Origin: a virus
Lineage: Duplodnaviria > Caudoviricetes
Direction: 5' to 3' (one strand)
Length of the DNA: 62,947 nucleotides
IMG/VR virus record: IMGVR_UViG_3300030406_004002
Coordinates: 1-62,947 of that record
This document shows positions 36,792-47,400 of the stretch, one piece after another. The position numbers and the translations under genes were made by a program. A model generated the notes under the pieces. That model searched no databases, had not been told where the DNA came from, and worked only from the letters and a program-made list of their open reading frames with translations. The first letter of the stretch is position 1; the number at the start of each line of letters is the position of its first letter.

Positions 36792-38573
36792 ATGGACACA
36801 GAACTAATAACTAGGTATGAACCAAAGTTTGATAAGAAGACAGGTTTATACAAAATTGGAGACAGTTTAAAAAATATACCTGAAGATAATACCCTCAATC
36901 ATCACTTAATTGGTTTCTACCACAGCCCTTCTTTAAAAGAAAAAGAGTATTACTTCTGGAGAATATGCGACATGCTTTGGAACCACGATGGTGTTGCCGA
37001 ACCTTTAATGGTGAGACATCCTTGGGCTGAAGAGATTATACAAGCAGCTCTGAAAAATAAATACGTAGCGATTGGGGGTGCTGCGTCTAGTGGTAAATCA
37101 CATACTATGGCTGCATGGGGAATTGTAAACTGGTTAGCTAGACCTGATGAAACTTTGATCCTGTTAACCTCGACTACTTTACGGGAGGCCAGGAAAAGAA
37201 TATGGGGATCAGTAATTAGTTTACTAAGTGTAATGAGAGGAGCCCCATTTAAAATTAGAGACTCTATCGGTAATGTTGCTTATATAGATGAGAATGGAAC
37301 TCTCTTTGAGAGAGCTGGATTATCTTTGATCGCTGCTGAAAAGTCAAAGACACGAGAAGCAGTTGGTAAATTCATTGGTATCAAACAAAAGAGAGTGTTC
37401 TTAATTGCTGACGAGCTTAGTGAATTGAGTGAAGCTATCTTACAGGCCGGTCTTTCCAACTTATCTAAGAACCCTTACTTCTCACTAGTAGGTATGAGTA
37501 ACCCTTCTAGTAGGTTTGATGCGTTTGGTGTGTGGAGTACTCCTCAAGACACATGGGAAAAAATTAACACTGAAGTAGATGATACTTGGGAAACAAAGTG
37601 GGGAGGAACTTATATAAGACTCGATGGAGAAAGATCTCCTAATATTATAGCTGGCGAAAATAAATACCCTTGGTTACCTACGCTTGAAAAAGTAGAGGAG
37701 GATGCAGAACTCCTTGGTGCTAAGAGTAGAGGGTACATGCGAATGGTTCGTGCAGTATTCTTTGATAGTGATGAGTCTGAAACAGTGTACACTGAATCAG
37801 AACTCATAGACTCTGGTTCAATGTCCACGGTTCAATGGTCAACTAAACCTGTTAATATTGCAGGATTTGACCCTGCTTTTACTACAGATGGAGATAGGTC
37901 TATCTTGTACTTTGGTAAAGTAGGTATGGATGATAGTGGTCAATTTGTTTGTGAGCTAACTAAACCTGTGCAGATTAACGACGATGCCACCAACAAAGCG
38001 GTCCCACGCTCTTATCAGATAGCTCGTTTAGTGAAGGAGGAGTGCGACAAACGAGAGGTTGTTGCATCGAACCTTGCGATTGACGCAACGGGAGCTGGTC
38101 AACCTCTTGCAGATGTTCTTGCTCAAGAGTTTGGTGGAGATATTCTTCGGGTTTCTTTTGGAGGAAAGGCATCAGATAAAAGGGTAAGTGTCCGTAGTAA
38201 AAATATAGGTCACGAAATATATGTAAACAGGGTAAGCGAGCTTTGGTTTATTGGCAAAGAACTTTGTAGGACACGTCAATTATTTGGTATCTCCGCTGAT
38301 TTAGTGAAAGAAATAACTAACAGGAATTATGATATAGTGAAGACAGGATCAAACTTACGGATGAAGTTAGAGTCTAAAGTAGAGTATAAAGCGAGGTTTG
38401 GGCAGTCTCCTGACTTAGCAGACGCTGCGTTTTTGTGTATTGATTTAGCCAGACAACGTCATGGACTCGTTGCAGTTGACCCACCAAAGAAAAATAAAGA
38501 TGGTTCTTTTCAAAAAAGAAAAACTTTAAAGGGTTTAACACAGATTTTGAAAACTGACTCGCTAATGGATTGA
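36792..38573 (+). CDS. terL: Terminase large subunit
   Basis: Walker A GAASSGKS, Walker B LIADE, MSNP, nuclease GFDPA, AIDATGAG, SPDLADA. Confidence 0.9.
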   Translation: MDTELITRYEPKFDKKTGLYKIGDSLKNIPEDNTLNHHLIGFYHSPSLKEKEYYFWRICDMLWNHDGVAEPLMVRHPWAEEIIQAALKNKYVAIGGAASSGKSHTMAAWGIVNWLARPDETLILLTSTTLREARKRIWGSVISLLSVMRGAPFKIRDSIGNVAYIDENGTLFERAGLSLIAAEKSKTREAVGKFIGIKQKRVFLIADELSELSEAILQAGLSNLSKNPYFSLVGMSNPSSRFDAFGVWSTPQDTWEKINTEVDDTWETKWGGTYIRLDGERSPNIIAGENKYPWLPTLEKVEEDAELLGAKSRGYMRMVRAVFFDSDESETVYTESELIDSGSMSTVQWSTKPVNIAGFDPAFTTDGDRSILYFGKVGMDDSGQFVCELTKPVQINDDATNKAVPRSYQIARLVKEECDKREVVASNLAIDATGAGQPLADVLAQEFGGDILRVSFGGKASDKRVSVRSKNIGHEIYVNRVSELWFIGKELCRTRQLFGISADLVKEITNRNYDIVKTGSNLRMKLESKVEYKARFGQSPDLADAAFLCIDLARQRHGLVAVDPPKKNKDGSFQKRKTLKGLTQILKTDSLMD

Positions 38574-38718
38574 CATCTCTTAAATATAAGTTAAGCAATT
38601 TACAGCAAATAGAAATAAAAGGCTTAAGTGATCTTGTGAGATTTAGGTGGTGAGTTGACTTAATTAGAATAAACCTTAAATTTAAGGAATCTTTTTTATC
38701 AATTACAAACTTATTCTT

Positions 38719-40293
38719 ATGGCATCAAACAAATTCTGGAGCTTAGTAGACAATTTACAGATCGGTCTTGACTGGGCAGGTACTGCACCTAAAGTTGGGG
38801 CTATCCCTGACATAGTTAACACTGCTATTTCTTTAGTAAGAGGAGATTGGGACGCTGCTGGTAGTAGAGCTTTACAAATAATTCCTGGGGCACAACTAAC
38901 TAAACTAGGTAAATTACGTAAGGGCACAAAAACTACTGATAAAGCCCCAATTACTAAATCTAAAGTAGTTGAAGGAGAAGTTATACCTCCTAAAACTAAA
39001 ACTAGCACGGTTACATCCCGTCAACAACAAGACCCAACTATAAATCGTAGGATTGATGGACCTATGGATGTAGCCAAAACTAATAAGTTGAGTCAGCCGA
39101 CTAAGTTTGAAGTTGGTGGTGTCCGTCCTCAAGCAGGAGGTCGTAATATAAGAGATGTTGAAGGCAGGACATTACCTAACCAAAAACCTCCTACAACAAA
39201 ACCACCTAAAAAATCTAAGCAGATTGTTAATAGGGTTATAAGTGGACTACTTACAGGAACTGATGAGGAAGAGATGGAGATGGAGTCACCTGCTGAAGCT
39301 TTAGGTACTGGTAGTGGTAGTGGTACAGATAAGCTTGGTGCTTTAGATAAGTCAGGAAATTTGGTTGAGGATGACAGAGTGACTTTTGCAAAAAACACTG
39401 AGCAAGGGGCTAGTGGAAAGGTTAAAGAACTACCCCTTAATGAACAAAGAGCTAGACTTCTTGACGAGATTAATGCTTTGAGACCTAAAGCTGCAGAAGC
39501 TGCTAAGTCTGAGGTCAGGAGAAATATTGATACTAGAAGAGTTTTAGGAGAGCGTATTAGAGATCGTCTTTTACAAGAGGGTCCAGACTATTGGCGTAAA
39601 CCTGAAAACCAAAAAGAAAAGAATGAGATTATAGCTGCTGGTAGAAAGCTAGGTAATTTTTCTTTTGGTGCTGAAGACTTTTCTAAGATCGTAAATAAGT
39701 ATATGGATGAGGCTGTATATAATAAAGAATCAAAAGAAGCACTTATGTTCCCTCAAGGGAAGATCGCTGCTGATAATATATCTATGGCTAATAGGTTAGG
39801 TAACACACCTAACCCTATCGATCTAAAAACTTATCAGGAGATACTAAGACCAAAGCAGACACGGAAAAAAGTAGATGCTGAAGGTAATTTATTAGATCCT
39901 GTGAACATCCCTAAGATTGACACACAAGCGGTTGCTGATTTAGAGCAAAGAGAAAGAGCTCTTAAAGGACTTGATAGGATGATTGCAGATGAAGAAAAAA
40001 CCAAAAGGGCAGATGAACTTATTAAAGGAATTGAGGACAAGGTCAAACGAAATAAAAAGAAAGAAGAAGGTTTTAAAGCTCAAGGGTTTGATGAAACAGG
40101 TATAGTAGAAAACATGGGTGGCTATGGAATACCCTCTCCTTCGGACAGTTCAAAGACTGACTTTCAAAACCAAGAAGATCAAAGATTATTAGCTGAGACT
40201 CAAAAGAAAATAGCTGAAGAAGAAGAGAAAAAGCGTAAGGCTCTTGAGGCAATGAAAAAGAATGAGAACGTCAGTGCTTTATTGAATCAGTAG
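38719..40293 (+). CDS. Putative internal virion/ejection protein with pre-toxin-TG-like N-terminus
   Basis: First of three large helical ORFs; N-terminal LDWAGTAPKVGAIPDIVNTAISLVRGDWDAA...IIPG. Confidence 0.5.
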   Translation: MASNKFWSLVDNLQIGLDWAGTAPKVGAIPDIVNTAISLVRGDWDAAGSRALQIIPGAQLTKLGKLRKGTKTTDKAPITKSKVVEGEVIPPKTKTSTVTSRQQQDPTINRRIDGPMDVAKTNKLSQPTKFEVGGVRPQAGGRNIRDVEGRTLPNQKPPTTKPPKKSKQIVNRVISGLLTGTDEEEMEMESPAEALGTGSGSGTDKLGALDKSGNLVEDDRVTFAKNTEQGASGKVKELPLNEQRARLLDEINALRPKAAEAAKSEVRRNIDTRRVLGERIRDRLLQEGPDYWRKPENQKEKNEIIAAGRKLGNFSFGAEDFSKIVNKYMDEAVYNKESKEALMFPQGKIAADNISMANRLGNTPNPIDLKTYQEILRPKQTRKKVDAEGNLLDPVNIPKIDTQAVADLEQRERALKGLDRMIADEEKTKRADELIKGIEDKVKRNKKKEEGFKAQGFDETGIVENMGGYGIPSPSDSSKTDFQNQEDQRLLAETQKKIAEEEEKKRKALEAMKKNENVSALLNQ

Positions 40294-40294
40294 T

Positions 40295-41416
40295 ATGGAA
40301 CCTTATCGAAATAAGTTGAGTCCTAGGGAAAAAAGATCCTATGATTCTGTAGATCAAACAGCCCAGTTCTTAGTTGCAAATGCACAGACACAAGCAGCCG
40401 ACCCTGCTGTTGATTTTACAACGCAAGATATACAAGCGTTAAAAAGTAATATATTTTCATTAGCATCTACTTCCCCGATGCATGGAGAAGTTATTCGTAG
40501 AAAGTATATACCTACTTTAGATAAACTAGAACGTGCAAAGACTAGTCAAGCTAACGCTGCTATGGCCAGAGCTAAAAGTCTTATGGAGTTTGAGACTCAA
40601 AAGTTAGACTTTGCCCAGAGAGCTAGGGCTGATAAGAATGAAAGAGATAATTTACTAAAGCTCCAAGAGTTTTCTGAATTCTTTAGTGAGAATATGAATG
40701 ATCCTTCTAAAAGTATTGAGGATAAATACACAGCAGGATACTCATTCTTTTTTGATAACCCTAAGTTTATGGTATCTGATGTTGGTAAGCAAGCCCTTAC
40801 AAACTTCAACGATGCTACAATGAAGTCTATTAATCCTGAGATCCCTAAAGTAGCTAGTAAGGTACTAACAGAAGCCCTTGAGTCAGGCTCTACTGAAGCT
40901 GTTGATGAAGCTTTGAAATATTATGGGGCTACACCAGAACAACTGAAGCCTCTTAAGGAGTCAGCTAAACAAGCTATGAGAATAAAATCTCAAAAAGAAG
41001 CTGCTAAACAATCCAGTCAAAATATGACTGACAGGATATCAGGATTTAAGAGCTACCTAACTCCTTTAAATAGTACTACTGCTACAGATGATGATATTAA
41101 AACCAGAGCTCAAGTGATTCTTAATGGGGTTAAAGATTTAGGTCTGGGTAATAATCCTAAGATACTTTCTATAATGCAACGAATTGAGAAAAACATTAAA
41201 GATATGGGTAGTGTTGTTCCAAAGGAAAGTGGGAATACTGTTGGATCTAAAGTATCAAAAGCTGGTAGTTCTACTCGTTCAACTCTTGGTGAGCTAATGC
41301 TTGAGCTAGGTAACGTCAACTCTACTATCCCTGGGGCTATGCAGTTTAACAGGTATGACCCTAGTATTCGTAGAAGACCGAGCACTTTAAATAGTTTAGG
41401 AATACCCTCAAGATAA
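40295..41416 (+). CDS. Putative internal virion protein
   Basis: 373 aa, helical, Ala/Gln/Lys-rich. Confidence 0.5.
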   Translation: MEPYRNKLSPREKRSYDSVDQTAQFLVANAQTQAADPAVDFTTQDIQALKSNIFSLASTSPMHGEVIRRKYIPTLDKLERAKTSQANAAMARAKSLMEFETQKLDFAQRARADKNERDNLLKLQEFSEFFSENMNDPSKSIEDKYTAGYSFFFDNPKFMVSDVGKQALTNFNDATMKSINPEIPKVASKVLTEALESGSTEAVDEALKYYGATPEQLKPLKESAKQAMRIKSQKEAAKQSSQNMTDRISGFKSYLTPLNSTTATDDDIKTRAQVILNGVKDLGLGNNPKILSIMQRIEKNIKDMGSVVPKESGNTVGSKVSKAGSSTRSTLGELMLELGNVNSTIPGAMQFNRYDPSIRRRPSTLNSLGIPSR

Positions 41417-41438
41417 TTTAAAATACTAAAACTTTGTT

Positions 41439-44400
41439 GTGGCTACAGACAGTTCTACTTTATTACAACCTGAAAAATCAGAGCCTAGTCAATTAGGTTC
41501 AATACTTACTTATCCTGAATGGAAAGAGTCTTATAGCAATATTTCAAATACTGTTGAGGATGACTTACCTAATTACTTAGATTACTACAGAGGAGAATCT
41601 TTTAAGAGAGGTGAGTTAACTAGAGATAAAGAAGCTGAAATACAATCATACTATGTAGATTGGTTTACGGGAGGAGATCAAGTTAGTGACGATGAGTTCT
41701 TTGATATAGCTAGTAACTCAACAGCACTTAAGCAAGGTACTCAAAGGCAAGCTAACTTTGTATCACAAGTATTTCCATCCATTGATTGGGCTAGTCTTGA
41801 CCCACAAGCTCAACAAGATTATCTAAATAGATCTAAAAAAGCTTTGGTTAATTCAGGTCAGTTACCTTTTGCTTCTATAGAAGAGCAAGGTAGAGGTAGT
41901 GTTTATGCAGGTAACTTTGATTCTTCAGGTACTTCAGAATCGCAGAAGGTAAAGTCTTCTGCCGATGCTTTGAAAGCTATGTACGCTGGAGCTATAGATC
42001 CTAGGGATCTTTGGCAAGTAACAGAGGGTCTTGGAGAATCACCAATAACTGGGCGTAATAGATTCCAAGCAATGTCTGATTCAGAAGATATTGCTTTAGT
42101 AAGGGATCTGTTAGGACAGCAAGGGTCAGAGATATCTAAAGCAATAAACGATGCTATCACAAGCACTATAGATTTAGAATCATACAGAGATGAAGGCTCT
42201 TTGATTGATCAAATTTTTGCTGACAGGCCAGAAGATATTGATCAGATAATTCTTAAAGAGTTCCCTGAGAAATTAAAAAACCTCCAACCTTTGATTGTTA
42301 AAGAGATTGCTAAAAGGAAAGGTTTAGGTGATGTCGAAGGGGCAGGATTAAATACAGAGGGTTATTACAAGTCAGCTAATAAAAGAGCCTTTGAGATAAT
42401 AAGAGATCTCGCTATAACCCATGCTAATAACCAAGGTGCTTTTAAATACGAAGAAGAGGATCTCTCTAAAAATATTAGAGTAACTCCTTTAGGGATTGCT
42501 GTTGCTCACCCTGAACTCATGAAGTTGCCTAACTTTAATGAGATAGTAAATGAAGATAAGCGACTAAGTGATGGTCAAAAGGAAGCACTCAAAAACACCA
42601 GAGAAAATTTTATTATTGGTACACACATCCCAACAATGGATGTGATATTCAATACCATAGGGGATACGGTAGGTAAAAAGTGGGTTGATGCTAAGACAGA
42701 AAATCCTAGCGAATATAAAAATAACCCTATTGCTTTCTATGAGAATTTTGTTAAGGACAAAAGCAACTATTCTAAAAGTAAGAACTTTTGGTATGGTATA
42801 AATGAAAGCCTATTCAACGCTGTGCCTAGCATAGGATATAGCGTTGGTGCTTTATTAGGTAATGAAGCTTCAGCTAAAAAGCTAACTGATTTTCAAAACA
42901 AACAAGCTGCTAGAAAAAGAGTAGCCTCATTGTTTGGCGATGACTTTGGGTTTGGCTATGACCTAGCTACCGCAGTACCTCAAGTCTTTTCTGACTTAGC
43001 AGCTTCTGCTTTGACAATAAAAGGAGCTACTACAATAGCATCCAAATTACCTGATTTAGGAGCAGTCAACTTCCTTGATTTCCAAAAAGGTTTTGTTAAT
43101 GATGCTCTGACTTCTAAACCTAAAACTAATTTTGAATCAGCTAGTCAGAAAAGAATCAAAGAACTTATTAAAGAGTCATCAAAAGATTCAACCAAAGTCA
43201 AAGCAGCCATTAGCAAAAACAATGAGTACATAGCTACTAAGCTAGCCGTACCCGTTTCTTTATTTGCAACATCCGCTGCTAGATCTGGTGGGTCTACTTA
43301 TGCTACAATCTATAGTTCTCTACCTGATGATATGTCTCATGAGGAGAAGCATGATAAAGCTTTGGGTGGTGGCCTCCTATCTGGTGCGATTACTGGTGGA
43401 CTTACAGTAGGTTTTAGTAAACTCAATATGGGAGGTGTTGAGGATATTGTTTCTAAATACTCTTTCAGAAGATTTAAAAACGGTGTTAATAATATTAAAG
43501 GAGCATCGTGGGCTAATGATAATACCACAAAGAAACTCGTTAAGAGTACATTGGCTACTCAGTTTAAAGAACAAGCAAAGATCTTCGCTACTAAAACAAG
43601 AACAGGAGCTATCTTCAAATCAGGTATTTTTGAGGGCATCGAAGAAGGAACTGATGAATTTATTAACTCATTCGTAGAGAGTAGTTATCTAAATGAGTTT
43701 GTCCCAATGGGAGAGAGGATTAATAATGCTCTCTATGCAGGAAAGCTAGGTGCTTTTATCGGTGGACCTGTTGGCTTCTTTACTTATAGAGGACCAGACG
43801 TAGACATTTTCGAGGAGCTAGAAACTCCTGCACAAAGTACCAATGTAGATCCACAAAAGGTTCTTAAGATAGGAGCCTTAGAAGATTCAGCAGAAGGTCT
43901 TCAAGAGAATAATTCTCCTGAATCAGCACAAGTGGTTCAAGAAGAAGCTGCTAAGTTAGGAATGGTTAATGATCCACAGGATCAAGGATCACAGGTTCAA
44001 GATATAAAGATAGAGGAACCCCTCTTTGAAGAAGGGGAGAATGTATTTAATCCAGACTTTGATAACTTATCAGAGTTCGATGAAGAACTTATTAGGAAGT
44101 ATATCCAAGGTTGGGCTCCTTCTAAAGAAGGTCAGCAAGAGATTCAATTAGAGTTCTTGCAGTTGGAAGAGGGTAGACCTATGCGAGTAGGTATTGCTAA
44201 AGGCAGTAACCCTAATGATCCAAAGATTGTTTGGCAGATTGACTCTGCTGCTATTGCTCAACAACTCAATGCTTTAGAGCCAACTAAAGAAAGCTACTTA
44301 AAGAAAGAAGTTTTAGATAACCTGATTGCTCATGAGTTAATTCACGTATCAGAGAACAATTATCTCAAAGGTATTTGGAGACAGAGTGAACAAGGTTTAG

Positions 44401-47400
44401 AAGCAGGGACCGACTTTGTTGACTTCGCTAAATCATATCTTGGTAACATGTATCTAGACTTAGTAGGTACGAAGGCAGGTAAGAAGTTAGCTGTTGAATC
44501 AGTAGCTAGACACTTAGGTATTAAGACCAACGAGGTAGTGCTCCCAACAGCAGAGACATTAGGTTCCTCTGGTATGACTATGGATGAAGTAGTTTCTGAG
44601 ATGACACGACAGTTTGTTGAGTTATCAAAAGGATCTAACTCTTCTAAATCAGTAGCTGATTTCTTCAAAGGCATACCTGAAAGTTTCTTAAGATTTATAC
44701 AAGGCGTTGTCGCCAAGGTCCGTGTGTTTACAAAGCCTGAGAATGTAGCTTTCCCTAAAGATGTAAAAGAAATATACAAATCCTTAGATAGCCAATTAGT
44801 TTCACACCTTAATTCAGTAGAGGATTCTTACGTAGAAATTTTAAAGAGATCTTTACAAGGCAGGAGATTAATTTTTGAGACGGCTTCAAATGAAAACCTT
44901 GAGACCACACCTCAAGAAACCCCTGTTGAAGCAGGAGCTTTAGGTGATTCTTGGAGCCAAGCCTTATCAGAATATGAGCAAGCTACTTCATGGAGTAATG
45001 ACTTGTTTGCAGAGAATCAGATAGAGCAGTCTCTAAGTAACGTTGCTAGAGCACACATACTAGCTAATCCTTTATACAATATAAATGAAGCTCAACTAGA
45101 TTTGATTGCCAGTTGGTACAATTCAAATGTATTAGGTAAGAAATTAAAGAACTTAAGGAATGTTAAGTTTGATTTTGAAATAGACATTGAGGTACAGAAT
45201 GAAGATGGTACTACCACCACCCGTAAACAACTAGTTAAAGATATCTCTTCTGCTGATTCAGATTTGAAGATAGATCGAAGGGTCAGGGACTTACTTAAAA
45301 GTGCTTATTCAAATGCTAAAAAGTCTGAGGACTATTTACCTACGCTGTCTGACTTCTTGATTCAATTAGATGCGGACATCAATGGAGTGGATTTCTCCAC
45401 AAGGAAAGAGTTTGTACTTAACAATAACCCCAGTGAGTCTTACAGTAGAAGACCCGTACCCACTTCTTCAAAAAAACTTCAGAGAGAATACCCTGATGAA
45501 GACATCAATGAGATAAATCAATTTGTGTTAGACACTACTGAGTTCTTTGATTCTTTACCAGAACTCCAGGGTAGAGTAGTTAATTTAAATTATGAGTCTA
45601 CTTCAGGTAATGATCCTATTATGGTATCTGATGGTGAGATAACTTTAAATGTTTATGCCTTACCTAACCTAGTAAAAGTTCCTAAAAATGAATGGGTATC
45701 TCAAGTTAATATTAAACTTGCAGAAGATAAGTTTTTAAATGAAGTCTCAAGTGAAGAACTACAATCAGCTTATAACGAATTAGGTCCAAGCATTCTAGCT
45801 TTCTTAAGTAGTGAACTGAACACTTCAATAGGTACGGAGACTAAGAGTGAGGCTGATATTGTAGATGATAATGGGGATATCATTCCTGAAGTTGCAGAAG
45901 AAATAGTTAAGAACTTAGTAAGGAAGTACACATCGGATGTATTATCGGATAGTGATATAGAAGATATCTTTTCAATCATAAGTTCTTATTCAGGATTGAG
46001 AGGACTTGCTATCAAATCTATTGATAGTATCAACAATAGTTTCTTAGAGAGCTCAGATGATTTTGATCTTGTTAATAATGAGATGCTTGAGGAAGCAGCT
46101 TCAAACCTAAAAGCTAATAAGATCTTTGATAGTAATGATGAGCTTGAAGTTCCTTTTGATGATTCAGATACTACTAGCTCTTTAGATTTTATCAGGAATG
46201 TTATTGTTAATAAGTCATCTCCTAGTTTACGAACTAGGTTAGAAGTACCTATAGGTATATTAAAAGGAGGGTATCAAAAGCCTAAAATCTTCGAGTCATT
46301 AGAGAAGTTTAACTTTGATAATCGGCTACAAAAATTTTGGAACTTTCTTGCGGGTTATGCTGATCCAAGATGGAGAAGAGAACAGGAGAGACGGCAGTCT
46401 TTTTATGCAGCCATTAAAGTTGAAGGGGAGATGTTTGTTAAAAATATAGATAAGGTAGTTAAAAGAGATTACAAGAATGGCTGGGATGATGCATCGGATT
46501 TAGTTTCAGTAGCTTCAGGGACTACTGAGGGGGCTAACCCTTCAGAAGAGTTTAGAACTAAGGTCGCTTCTAGGAGAGACGCTGCAATAGATAGGGCAAA
46601 AAAGAATTTTAACGGTGATGTTGATTTACTAAAAGAAAAAATAAAAGAAGCCAGAGCTAACGAGAGGGAAAGACTTAGTATTGAGAAAGAAAGAATTAGG
46701 AAAGCTATCCTAAGAGATATAGAAAGAGCTCATAAAGATATACAAAAAACTTCTCCTGAACTTAGTAGACTAATTCGTGAGGCCAGGAAAAGATTAACTG
46801 AAGCAGCTAACATCATTGCTGAAGACCTTGGTATAGTTAACCCAAGTAAATATGGAAGTTTAAAACTTAAGTTCTCCAAGAACGAAGGGTTCTATTTAAC
46901 CAGAAGTTATTTAGCATTTAAAGATGCTAAGTATAGGAATAAAATAGAGAACAGTAAGAGTGAGAAGTATCGAGTACTTAGAGTACAGGCTGGTAAAAGA
47001 ATTAAGAGACAACAAATTGATAGGGATATAAATAGTAAGCTTTTAGCTAAAGATAAAGAAGCTTACAAGAATGGAGACACAGATTGGCTTTTAAAATCTG
47101 AGGCTCTTAAAAGAGAACTGGTTGAAAGGCAAGTCAAAGAAGCTGAAAAGTTTATCCCAGATACTGAATATGAAAAAGAAGCGTTAAGGTTTTTAGAAAA
47201 ACTTGGGGATGATCCAGAGACAGATGTTCTGATGAGGAAGAATGAACTTCTTTCTTCTGAAGTTAGGGACTTCTTAGGAGAGATACAAGACCCAAGGTTT
47301 AATTTAGTTAACTCATTAGCTACTGTAAAAGCCCAAGTCAATCAGATCTATGATGGTATAAATTTGATGAGGCTGTCCCGTGTTGAAGGGGATAAAGATG

